Assembly: GCA_009103225.1 (NCBI GenBank)
Contig: RHPI01003798.1
Location: 1-55,779, forward strand
Reading direction: 5' to 3'
DNA length: 55,779 bases
DNA from: Chlorokybus atmophyticus
Taxonomy: Eukaryota; Plantae; Mesostigma and Chlorokybus algae
Part shown: piece after piece, positions 21,817 through 34,170 of the stretch
Layout of the letters: every line of letters begins with the position of its first letter
Position numbering within the stretch: position 1 is the stretch's first letter
Made by a program: the position numbers and the translations under genes
Notes under the pieces: generated by a model
The model's database searches: none
What the model was told of the DNA's origin: nothing
Seen by the model: the letters and a program-made list of their open reading frames with translations, nothing else

Positions 21817-21829
21817 TTGTCAGCCTGCC

Positions 21830-22602
21830 ATGGCGGTGGCGGCGGCGGCGGTCGGGTTGTTTGTGGCGAGGAGGCCGTGCGTCGGCTTGCATGTAGTTGC
21901 ACGCCTTCGACGACGCATTGTCTCGGCCTCGTGGTCCTCCTCCTCCTGCGTCTCATCAGCGGCGTTGGCAGCGGATGCCATCCCCACCCCTTTGGCGGAG
22001 CGGCCTGCCCGCCACAACTGCAGCCTGAAGGAGCTGCGGCGGTGGCGGGCGGAGGCCAGGGAGCGGGTCTCCCACGTGGACTTCTCCGCCGACCACGGAC
22101 CCACAGCGGCGGACCTGCAGCGCGAGGTGGACTGGCTCCTGGACGACGCCGTGGCTGCCGTCAGGACAGGCGGGGGAGCAGCCTGGTCTGAGGCCAACTG
22201 GAAGCAGGCCAGCTTACTGCAAAGGGTATGTACTGTTTTAGCTGTGTGCATGTGTTCTTGTTTGAACACATGCTGCTGTGTAAGCGTTCGTACACTTGGC
22301 ATTGCTCCCCGCTCTGCATTGTTGGCCGCGCACAATGTGTGTTCTCGCCGTTGCAAACAAGGGTGGTCGAGTAACTTCAATCTGAACGATCCACTTTTTC
22401 GTGCTTCGTTATTTCTGCTGCAGTCAGCTGAAGCATTCAAGCATACGCATGCACGCACGAGTGCACACAATGACACAGCACATGCACAACCGTGCATGTG
22501 TGCACACGCACGAGCATGCCCATGCTCACTCACTCGTGCATTCGTGCGTACTTGCGCACACTCTCTCACCCGCCCGCCCATGCGTGTGCGTGTGCACGCA
22601 CA

Positions 22603-22637
<35 letters not shown>

Positions 22638-23898
22638 TGCACATGCTGAGGGTGCTTGCTGCGCAGATAGCTGATGAGCGTGGGTGACCAGCAGGAGGAC
22701 GATAAGGTTGAGACTGATGTTGAGGTTGCCCTAAGAGCCACAGTGGCGGACATAACTGCATTGCTGGATCGCCGTGTGATTCATCGCGAGCCGTTTCAGT
22801 ACATCATTCAGGCCGCGCACTGGCGTGACCTTGTACTTGCTGTTGCCCCTGGGGTTCTTATACCTCGCCCAGAGACAGAGGTACTGCTGCTCACATGCTT
22901 GCTTGTTGATGCATAACTTGCATGATCCTGATCATTGATTGAGCGTACGTGTTTGGCCAGATATTGATTGATCTGGTTGAGGAGGCGTGCAATGCATTTC
23001 CCGAGCTCAAGTCTGGTGTATGGGTGGACATGGGTACTGGCAGCGGTGCACTGGCGGTCGCTCTCGCTCGCACTTTGCCGGAAGCAAGCACTCGCGTGTA
23101 TGCTACAGATGTCAGCCATGTGGCTGCGGCTATTGCTTTGTGCAACGTTCGCCGCTACAAGCTGGCCGATCGAGTCAGCGTCCATATGGGCAGCTGGTTT
23201 ACAGCGCTTCCAGCTGATCTGATAGGCACTATCTCAGGTACATGTCAATCAGGCGTTTGTACCATTACATGATCGAAACTGAACACATGTAGTTAGAAAG
23301 CAGTAGCTGATCGCCCGACTCTGGCATCCCATAGCACGTAATGGTGAGTGTGTAGTGTGCGCAAGCATGTAGCAACATGTCCTCAGGCAATGCTATGCAT
23401 GTGTCTAATACTCTTGAGCTTTATGTACATACACATGTTGACACCAGTGCGCTAACAGGCATTGTGAGCAACCCTCCGTACATTCCTAGAGAGCATCTGC
23501 CAACACTGCAAGCAGAAGTGAGGCTACATGAGCCACATCTGGCCCTTGATGGTGGTTCAGTTGCGGGGAGTTACGCACTGGATATCATTTGTAAGGGGGC
23601 AAGGCAGTACCTGCGACCAGGTGGCTTCGTGGGGTTGGAAACCAATGGTGGAGATCAAGCAACACATATTGCTGAGTTGCTCCGTCGTCTACAGTTCACC
23701 TCTGTTAAGGTACATCTACGATGTGCACTAGCAGCTTCAAATCTGCATGCCATTGCCATCATGCTCTGTCACATGCCTTGGTTGCATGGTCGGTGTGCTG
23801 CATGCAAACTCACCATCCATTGCGTTGCGAAGGTGGTTGATGACTGTTATGGCGTTGCGCGGTTCGTAGTAGGGTACAACGGCGTGGGTGGTATGTAA
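21830..23898 (+). CDS. prmC: HemK/PrmC release-factor glutamine methyltransferase, organellar (multi-exon)
   Basis: REPFQYI, PGVLIPRPETE, WVDMGTGSGALAVALA, VYATDVS, GSWFTAL, IVSNPPYIP, EVRLHEPHLALDGG and LRPGGFVGLE. Confidence 0.95.
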
Positions 23899-24397
23899 GC
23901 AGGCTACCTGTCGCGCCGTCGCATTGCAGCCACCCAGGCTTAACTCGCACGGCAGACGCGTCCACATGCAAGAGGTCCTGGCACCAAGCAGCTGTTGACC
24001 AACAACAGCACTGTCAGCTGTCGCACATGCTGTCTGGCGTGCTGCCAATGCAGGTACGCGTATTGGTCTGTTGTGTCCCTTACATCCAATTCAGCTCATT
24101 CTGTGCAACATCACAGCAAGTAAACTTGCTGTGATGCATACCGGTTGTTAAGTATCAACGCTGTCGTGCCAGAAGCAAGTCGTTGCCGCCCCCAGTGTTC
24201 CTAGCCAGCACTCCTGTCAGCTTGTTGGGATGGGCGCAAAGTTGTACAACTCAGATTCATGACAGAAGTGGCCGGCGTCTAGTCAGACCCTTGCACGCAT
24301 GGTTGGCCTTGATGAACATTCTAGAGCTGCAGTGCAGTGGCACCAATTGCTGATTTTTCCAGCCTGTATGGCTCAAAAGCTCAGCCGAAGTGGACTA

Positions 24398-24668
24398 CGG
24401 CTGTGGCCGTTGTATACTGAAACACTATCTCATGGATATTGTCCCAACCATTGCAGTCAGCCTGTTTATCCTGCTCATGGACTGCTCATGAACTGAGGCT
24501 GTGGCCGTGTAAACTGAACACAACCCCGTGGGTTTGGTGAGTGTAGCAAGTTTGCGTGCATGTGAACACGGCATGTGTGACCTTAAATGCGCGGAATCTC
24601 CATTCCTCCTTTTGTACAATCTCATGGACATTGTCATCACCATGGCAGTCAGCCTGTTTATCCTGTTC
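24398..24668 (+). repeat. Dispersed short direct repeats in the intergenic region
   Basis: TCTCATGGAYATTGTC...GCAGTCAGCCTGTTTATCCTG occurs at ~24427-24478 and ~24620-24665. GGCTGTGGCCGT...ACTGAA occurs at ~24399 and ~24499. Confidence 0.6.
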
Positions 24669-24913
24669 ACGCACATTGCTTTCCCCGCACATCTACGCTA
24701 CCACTCCAAGCAATCTGATCCTAACCCTAACCTATGAGCTTCGTGTGCTGCAACCAAACTGAATGCGAAAAGCAAGCCAAGTGCCACGGGCACTTTGGAA
24801 CAAGCAGTTCGCGCCGCATCCTTGGATCAATGCGATCAATGCGCATCCAAGAGCACTCATGGCTTTATGTAGATGGACCTCCATGCAATGCTTGATGTTA
24901 CCATAACCCTCAG

Positions 24914-27846
24914 TCAAGTTGGTGCAGCAGGCTGCCGTTCCCAGAACCTGGAACCATCCACCTCATTCAAACTGACAGCAGAAGTTGCACCACCCTCCTC
25001 ACCAATTACAATGGATGCCTGCGCGTAGTCGCGTGTGCATATGACAGCCGGCCTCAGGCCGCTTGTACCCGATGCAAGCAGTGTGCCCTGCACTGCGATG
25101 GCACCCACGCCAGCTGACAATGGAGGCGGCAGCCTAAATTCCTTCCCGTCAACCTCAAAGGCACCTAGTCGTGAGATATTTTCGCCTGACGTTGTGAACA
25201 CTTGCAGGGGCTTGGCACATGGCTTGTCCATAGCAGTAACAACCTGGAAAGACAGCAGCTGAGCAGTCAGGCACACTCCATTGCAACATTGACAGGAGTA
25301 CATGCCGTCCAAACAATACAACATGTTTCTTAACCAACATATTGGCAAACAAACTAGCACGAAAATTTTACCTTGTAAGCGTCTATGTGCACACTGCTGA
25401 CAGGCCCAGCGTGTTCTGCCATTATGGCTACTGCGTGGGGCTTGTCTCCTGAAGTGGACATGCGCATATCCCACACTCGAGCAGTCCTGCAGCAACACTC
25501 CGCAGTCAATTGATTGAAAACGACGAGACATGCCAGCAACCTCATACACAGTTGTATACAGCCACCGTACCTGTCTGCACTGCCAGTGACAAGAAGGCAA
25601 GAGGATGATGACTGGACAGACATGGAAAGCACGGGCTCGGCATGCACAGCTGCTGAACTTGTTACCGTCATACTGTCGAGCAGACAACAGAGTCAGCGCA
25701 AATATTCATTCTGAGGTGACTCCCATGCAGCCACTCCGTGTGTACCTCTTAGCCTTACCTGCGCAGGTCTACCAATGATAAGCCCTTATCACCCGCAGCA
25801 AACACAGTGTGGTCCTTGCATGTGGCAGTCACAATTGGCCAAGGGAGCTTTGCGGAAGCCAGTCCGGTCTGTGCGCCATGCGTGTCCCACAACTTCACCT
25901 TGCCATCTCGTGACGTAGATACGAACTGTGACGCAACTGCGTGCCTGATGACACAATGTGTTCATGCACAGTGCAGCACTTGGATGCATGCTTTGCATGC
26001 TGTGGTGTCTCTCAAGAAAAGCATCATGCGTCCAACGGCACTTACTTGACAGCCACCACAGCCGTGATGCTATCACCATGGCCGCGAAGCACAGAAAGCG
26101 CATGAACTTTTCCCCTGAAACGTTTGCACAACAGTGGTTGGGAGCAACAAGGGTCACCGCATCAAGCTAACAATGTACTGCAACGAAGACACCAACAGGA
26201 ATGCAAAGCTGCTTGCTACAAGTAAAACAAGAAGCTCAGCAATTGCAAAAGTGCGATATGAAGTGACCACACAACTCACCTACCACTGCGAAGATCCCAA
26301 AGACGCACGGTGGCGTCTTCTCCACCACTGACGAGCACATTGCCGCCGACGCTGCTGTCCTCAACATGTTCGCCGAGCAACTGCGATGCAATCACAGTAA
26401 CAGCTTTCGTGTGCCCGCTAAGCGTCCGAGTGGCCTTTCCCTGTTGGAAGACAGCTTAAAGAGATGCAACAATACCTGTCGACTCGGATTCACACCAGCC
26501 AACAAGACTTGATAGAGACTGAGTCGTTGTGCACTGACCTTGTTCCAAACTCGAATAGTTTTGTCCATACTTCCAGTGACCAATACTTGCTCATCGTCCG
26601 ACCCGAACGCCCTGCATCAAAAGCCAATTCATGTAACTGTTTATCCACCATCGTATCCAGCCGGGAGGTGACAACTCGCGCATGCTCTGGCGTCATATAC
26701 GCAAGCGTACCTCAAGCATGTAATCTTGCCTCCATGCACCAGTCGCTCCTGCGAAGCAACCGCTGACAACTCTGATAGGTCGCCATAACCAGTGTCAAGC
26801 TCGATTGCCCATTGCTCCAGTGCGTTGCCACTCACTCCGTACTCCCACACTGTAGCTTCCCCGCCCTGCACTTGTTGCTATCTCGTTACTCATCTGTCCA
26901 ATGAAGCAAGCACAGTCCATTGCTATACGTCTTGGATTTTCACTTGAATCGTACAGTATGAAGCTATGGACGTTCGCAGTTGCTAACCGTGCAACTATAC
27001 ACAACTAAACAGTAGTGGATTCCAAACAACCTCTATGCAACTTGCATGTGAATTGTACCTGAGTGGCAACCAGCTGGCCGTTACGCGTGAGCAACACATG
27101 GCCGATGGGGCCGCGGCCGTAACGCCAGGAATGCCACTGGCAGACGGCCGGGTCGGCCAGCCGCAGCTGCTGGTACGACGCATGCTTTGCGATGAACGCA
27201 TGTCTAACGCTCTGGCCGGGAGGAACCGCCGAGCCTGGCCAGCAAGATCTGCTTAAAGCAGAAATGAAGAGGCGCTTACGCAAGTGTACAATCAACTTCT
27301 AGCCTGCTGGTTCGGAAGACATGCTTGGCAGCGCTTTTTCTGTGTATGGCAGTGCTGATACATGGTGTATGAGTGATGAATGGAGCAGAGCATACAACCT
27401 TAGCTGGCAAGCTGTTGCTGCTTGTTAGCTTGAGGAGTGCAGCACTGCCAGAATGGGACAATAATCGACTGTATTGCATGCTAAATTTAACAGCTTCTCT
27501 GACACAAACAACAGTGCATGCTTTACTCGCAGATGTCTTGGCTGAGAAGTCACGCATGTTACCGTCTACACATGCATGTATGACACCTGAGACAACGCTG
27601 TCATACTCCAACAAATTTTATACGTAGGTCACAAAGCCACAAGTACACATACAAGCACGCATACGCAGCCGCACACGCACGCAGCTCAGCAGCTTGCCTG
27701 AGCTGAGCAGCCCAGACGGCGTCGGAGGCCGCCGCCTTCCTAAGGCTGCGGCAGGAGGCAGCAACGGCGAGGACGTCCCGGAAGCGCAGGGGAGCCAGGC
27801 ACGCCGCGAAGGCGTCGCCGTCCGCCGCCGCCAACCCGTCCAGCAT
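24914..27846 (-). CDS. F-box/WD40-repeat protein (multi-exon)
   Basis: N-terminal F-box-like segment CLAPLRFRDVLAVAASCRSLRKAAASDAVW. WD repeats: HGGKITCL, VTGSMDKTIRVW, LVSGGEDATVRLWD, LAGHGDSITAV, VSTSRDGKVKLWD, LVTGSADR|TARVWD and HAGPVSSV. Confidence 0.85.
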
Positions 27847-28681
27847 GCTGCCACCACTAGTCTGTGCTGAAGCTCGCAGCAATTTCTTGCATGGTTGCAT
27901 CACGTCGAAGCAATATGAACGTTGTTGTACATCGCTCCAACATGCTTCGTACGTGAATTGCACGTCTGTTCTTTGGCCAAGAACGTAATGCTAACGTGTG
28001 TATGCAATATGCTGCACGCTCGCTTGCTTGCTTGTCACACGCTGCATGTGCACTGCGCATGAACCAGGGCCCGCAGGCTAGGCGTGCTGTTCTCTCTGGC
28101 GTCATGGATGTGAACTATTCCTTGCTAAGCTGAAGAAGGTAAACACGCAGAGATCGACATAAACGAGGTTGCGTGGGGCAGGCTCGAACGCTGGCGGCAA
28201 TCTGCATGCTGACAAACGAAAGGCCAAGCATAGACTCGCTACAGCTTTTCATGCGTGTTGATGTAAGCTTAGCTGCTGAAGCATCAAGCTCTATGTTGCT
28301 GAATCGCAGTTGTTTTTGGGCAATCTGGGTTTGGCAAGTCAGGCCCCCAGACCCCAGGCATGAGAAGTCAGCTGATAGTTTGTTTTCCACGTCATATTTC
28401 AAGCCGCAGGCAAGCAAAGTGAATTGCTTGGTGACGAGCCTGCTTGTTGTTGTTTTTGTGTTGTGCAGACATTCGCTGGCAAGTATTAAAACAGCTACTG
28501 TTACTGCAACATGCAGCTTGACAGCTTCATTAAGGCTGCAAACACACATACACCGCAGGACAATTGAACTGCAGCAAAGTAGCCAAGTTCTTTGAGCTTG
28601 TTGGACAGTAAGACTGGCACGCAGCAAGCAAGCAAACGTTGAAGCCCAAAGTCAATTTGGGATTTGCTTGTTTATTGCGGC

Positions 28682-30370
28682 ATGGCTGAGAAAGAGGCGG
28701 TATCAAGGCGGCAGTGGCTGCTGCTATACTTGCTGCTGGCTGCTGCGGTGTTAGCGGTGTCCTCCGCCGGCGCCGTCATGAAGAGCATGGGCGCCGTCCC
28801 GCCGCTCACCCTGGCCTGCTGGCGCCTGCAGGTCACCACCGCTGCCCTCGTGCCTGGCGCGGCCGTGCAGTGGCGCTCCCTGGCACAGGAGGACAGGCAG
28901 AGGTATGCTCACACCCAACAGCAGCAGCTTTTCCACATACGAGTGTGTAAGTATTATGTTCCTGGCTTGCTGCACGTGCCATTGTAATGTTGTGTACACA
29001 CTATGCGTTTTAATTGGGCAGCAAACACAGCATGCAACATATGCACATAAATACGCATGCTGCATGCTTCTTGTCATCAAGACGCCAGGAATCTCTGTTT
29101 TTTTCTATGGCGTGCATGCATGCTGCACTGTGGTGCATTGAAATTGTGTTTGCGCCACCCGTTTGTGTTAAACAACACATATGAGCTTGCATATGTGCAG
29201 GTGGAAGGAGTCTGCATCAAGTTTGGGCGGGAGCGGCACATTCCTGGCGGCCCATTTCGGCCTGTGGGTTTGGTCTCTCGGACACACAAGCCTTCCGCAC
29301 AGCCTGCTGTTTGTCTGCTCCATACCACTGCTAGTCACAAGTGAGCAACACACACGCACAGTACTTGGTTCCAAACTTCGAGCAACTACTGACTGTACTC
29401 TGTCAGTCTTCATGTGGATTAGAAGAGAGACAGTGACACGATGGGAACTTGCGGGAATACTTCTTGGAGCAAGCGGGACGGTGTTGCTCGCGACCTCTGC
29501 GAAGGGAGAAGCTGAGGTGCACGTTGACAAATGGTGGATAGTTGCACTTGTTATGTATGCGTGCACACGCTCACATCAAACAGGTGAGTATACTTGGTGA
29601 TGCAGCAGCGCTGGCCGCAGCAGCCGCTTTTGTGGGGTACATAAGCATTGGGCAGCGGCTTCGGACTTGGATGCCGCTCTTCCTCTACGCACTGCCCGTG
29701 ACTGCGGTAGCCGCAGCTCTGCTGGGGGTGGCTGCATTGGCAGCTGGCGCACGTGTGTTGGCGAGCGACAGTACGCTGAGCATCTTCGGGTGGCTGAACC
29801 TGAGGTGCGAAGACAAAGTCGTATTTATACACGTGTTATGGAACATGCGCGCACGCACACAACCGCACAACCGCACAGGGGCCCACGCGCACATGCATGC
29901 ACATGCACACACATGCAAGCATGTGCCAGCGGTTGTTGTTTGTTGCACTGCCAAGTCTCTTCGTGTGCAGATGGATGCTGCGGACGCTGTACTTGGGTTT
30001 GGTACCCGGGTTGGTGGGCCACACAGGGTTCAACGCGTTGCTGCGGTGGATATCCCCGCTGGTAATATCGATGTCAATAAGCGTGGAGCCTGTGCTGGGG
30101 TCTCTGCTCGGTTGGATGATTGGAGTCTCCGACTTTCCCGGCCCATGGACGTGTGTCGGAGGAGCTATTCTAATCACATCCACGTGCATTGTTCAGGCGG
30201 CCACTGCATGCCGGCCTGATGCTGATGATATTGATGACAAGGAGGAAACGTTCAACATGGAACAGGGTGATGATGGTGATGAGAGTGCGGGGTTGCTGAC
30301 TCCCAAACAGCAGAGAGAGGTTTTTCCTTTGCTTCGGAGTAAAGTTGCTGGAGCTGATGCTGTGCGATGA
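28682..30370 (+). CDS. EamA/DMT-family transporter (multi-exon)
   Basis: Hydrophobic exons AVLAVSSAG, TLACWRLQ, FLAAHFGLWVWSLGHTSLPHSLLFVCSIP, ILGDAAALAAA, LGLVPGLVGHTGFNALLRWISPLVIS and VEPVLGSLLGW. Confidence 0.9.
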
Positions 30371-30887
30371 GGCTTGCGTTGTTGTAATAGTCAATCTTGG
30401 TCTGGTGATAAGGATGGTGTTGACAGTTAGCTCTGCCGGATGTCACTGTTAGTTCGAGGGGCCCAAAGTCTGCTAGTTGTTGCGCCATGATACATTGCAG
30501 CGACTTGCAGATTGCTTTTGTTCAACTGCTAGAGGGATAGCCACAGCATAATGGAGCAGTACATGCTTCGAGCTGAAATGTATGTACCCCACATAGTGCT
30601 GAAGGCCATGCAGAGGCCATCTCGCTGTGCTCAAGACGATATATCGCATTGCACTGGGGCTCTCGGACGATATCCTACACATATTACAGGGCACTAATTT
30701 CACAGCATAAGCTAATGGCTGTGGTGCTGCTCCCGTCAGCATCATACGTGGTGTGCAATATCTCAACTTGGGGTTACAGGCTAACAGTGCTGCGCAAGGT
30801 GTGCCACATTGCCAGCATCAAGCTGTGCTCTTGGGACCATCGACGTGCAGAACACGCTGACAGATGCAAGCACACAAGCGACCAGCA

Positions 30888-33802
30888 TCAACTATGCATT
30901 TGGCTTATGCTGTGACTAGTTCTCAATGCAGAGGCCGGGTGCACTAGCAGTTTGTACAAGTTAGGCAGCAGGCGGCTTGGGGACGAAGGCGGCATGAAGA
31001 GGGCGACCAGCAACTGCTCTATGTCCTTGTTCAGAAGGAACACCGCATATGCGAATCGCGTGCGCTCGGAGCCATCAATGAACAAAGGAAACTCGGTACC
31101 CACCTGCGCACACACGAGTGCATGTGCGTGTATTGTTGTGTGCATGTTGCGCTTGGCCACAACATGATGAATGTGTTCGAAGCATTCAGTGCATGCTGCA
31201 TTCCTTCAAACTAATGTACATACACGTAAGACACCAGCGCAAGAATGCTCACAGCACACCAACCCAGCAACCCACTATCGTGTCCAAGTTCAAGACAACT
31301 TCAAAACAACATGTGTTACCAACCTTACGCGCAGCAGCTTGTGATACAGCGCTGGCAGCATGCGCCGCTGCCTCAGCTGCAGGCTCGGGATCCTTTACCA
31401 ATGAGCGTGATGCAGCAAACACAATAGGATACTTGAGCGGGACATCCAAGTACTTGGCTAGAAGGAGCACGAGCTGCGCAACAATGTGCACTTAAACAGC
31501 AGTACAACATTACAACGTGTGGCTTGATATGCAGATGTGTCTCACGTGTGCAATGTAGCCAAGTGCAGTCGCAACCGCTTCATGATCTTCTTCCTCCCAC
31601 CAGCGACCATCCAGTTGCCCACATGCAAGCGCGAGGTGGATGCCAGCAATGGACAGCGCCGGCCATTCCCCGTCGTGGCAATGGGTGGAGCCGCCGTTGG
31701 CATAATGCTGGATGACGGCGGGAGCGTGGACATCATTGCCACCGTTGGTGTAAACATCCCCTTGCAACGAGCATGATGCTGACGGCTCCGACGGCTCCAG
31801 AGGATACAACTGATGGACCTATCCAGTAAGAGCTTTCATTATATAAACCAAGCGAGAGTAGTACCATCATTCAACGCCGCTCCTGACTCTGTGTACCTGT
31901 GCCAACATGCGTGCACGCCTTGTGCGCAACTGGCTGAGCCCTGACTGAAGAAGGCCTGCACCTTTGCGTCCTGCCAGAGACCTATCTGCATCCTGAGGGC
32001 CGAAAGAAAGAAGAGAAGGTTGGTGGTAGCCCAACATGACATACCTACAAGATCACAAGCACACATACATACGGACCTGCAGGCGGTCTTGTGCTGCACC
32101 AAGAGCGGTGGCGGCAGCAGTCAGACGCCAGATGCGGGGCTTAAGGGCGGCGCGCGCAGTCTCTATGTTGCTTTGGAGACGCTCGAGGCCCTCCTGAGCC
32201 AACAACACCGTGTCCTCAAGAGCTTGCATGTGGGCAGCTAACCTCTCGCGCTGCTCCAACCTTCGCTGGCACCTATCAGACTCCTGAGCACAACAGAAAA
32301 CATGCCTTTTTGACCCTCAGCACACTGTTGAGGGAAGAATGAAGGGCTGAATCATCATGAAAAAGTTGACAAGCATCATCATTTCACACCTCGAGTTCAG
32401 CACCCAGCTGGCGCTGGAGCTCAGCATTGATTTCGCGTTGCAGCGCGATGGTAGCGCGTCGTGCACGGACGGACCGCACGCTGTCGAGGAAACTCTGCAA
32501 CGAAAGCTGCTTCAGCGGACGCGCTTGGCCGAGACGCCTACGCACGTGCGCCAGCTGTGCACTGCGGCCCTCAAAGCCAGGGTCCTCCCTACCCTCCTGC
32601 AAAGCCTGATAACACAACACAGGTAGGTCACACATGTCCAACATAGTGCGAACACAAAAACAATAGCGGTGTCCACACCTGTGCAGCTTTCACTGCGACG
32701 GCCTTTTGGTCTTCATCCAGCGCCTCCGCGTGTTCCACGCTGGCCGCCGCAGCGGCGAGGTAGTTTGGTGCGAGGATGTGTGCGATGCTGGGAGCGGCGT
32801 AGTAGCCATCTAAGAGGCGGAAGACGAGCGTGTTGACAGGTGCCGAGTGGTGTACGCGTGGCAACGCTGCCCCGATGCAAGCGAGAGACTCTAAGTCTAC
32901 AACCTCCCTTGCAACACACAGCGCGGGCTCCAAGTAGATCAAACCCTCATCGGGGCGTCTTCGCCTCGGCGTGGTTATCTCCTCACTCGCTTGTGGACAA
33001 TCAACACTGTAGCGGGATTCTTGTCCAACACGCAGTGCCCATATGCGCACTTCAATGCACGAAATCGCATGCAATGCTGCCTGTGGCAGCGCAGATGAAT
33101 CGATCTCACACCACGCTGGGCTGAGTGTCCACGCAACAACCTCACTGGTGTAAAGTACACTGCCAGCTGGGCTTGTGTTTGGGTCACTGTTTGAGTTGTG
33201 TATAGAGTCTTCATCCCTTGAAGACTGTTCTGTTGCGTCGCCTTCAAAGCGGTGTCGTGGAACAGATGTGGCCAAAGAGGGTGAGAAGGGCGAAGTGCTG
33301 GCTGCTAAGGTGAAATACAACCCGGCCTCGGTTGGCGGCACGTCAACAGCGTGCAAAGCCACATTGCATGCTTGGATTTCCTGCAGGTGCCGCAATCGCC
33401 TTCGAGCACGCTGCGGATAGCACAAACATGCTGCAATAAGTGTTGCGCAAGTGCTGAATGCGCACAATGCACGCATGTATGGCCTTGCTTGCAAGATGGC
33501 CGAAGCAGACAACACTTCTACGCTGTACACAAGATAACCGAACCTGACACTAAGAAGCACTGGGTCATGACGCAATGAAACCCTGATGATACCGCAAACT
33601 GCAGTTGCATGAGCGCATGCCCCTTGAGTGGAGAACGCTGTCTGAAACCCTAGTGGTGCAAGATGTTACAGACCGTGCACCACAGCGTAGAAAAGGCCGG
33701 TAACTAAATAGATTGTACCTTGGGAAGAGGAAAAAGCGTTACAGCACCAACTGCGTCATCGTCTCCGTCGCCATCACCCCCCTGCCTGGCAGCATCTCCC
33801 AT
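30888..33802 (-). CDS. UVRAG: UVRAG/Vps38 PI3K complex II subunit (multi-exon)
   Basis: RRRLRHLQEIQACN, C2-like LYTSEVVAWTLSPAWCEID, a coiled coil, then ATALGYIAH, LAKYLDVPLKYPI and EFPLF...RFAYAVFLLNKDIEQLL. Confidence 0.85.
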
Positions 33803-34170
33803 GGCCCATGGGATGGCCCGCACATACACCACACACCGCAACGACCTCACTGTCAAGCAACAACCACCATCATGGCCCAACCACCGGCACCCCTCTGCGC
33901 GCACCGTACCGGTCCTAGCCCAACCCCGCCTCGGCCTGGTCGCTCCGACTAACGCCTTGGCCTGGTCGAACCACGGTTAGGGTTCGAGTTAGGACCGTCG
34001 ATTAGACTTTACCAAACAGCAGTTTGCAAACCACCGGATACGCTGCATGCATTACGCAACCGAACCTTTCAGATACGTGTCTAAGGCAGGTTTACACTGC
34101 GTAATCAGCAGGGTGTACTCCAAGAACATACCCGTTAGCATTGGCTACGTCGTCGGCAGTGTGGGTGGCG

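Noticed and set aside
21830-23898. HemK as a third heme/tetrapyrrole enzyme completing a pathway cluster
   Set aside because: HemK is established to be the release-factor methyltransferase PrmC (NPPY motif), not a porphyrin enzyme.
24716-24732. CCTAACCCTAACC as an interstitial telomere
   Set aside because: Only about two imperfect units, which is not distinguishable from chance or a telo-box.
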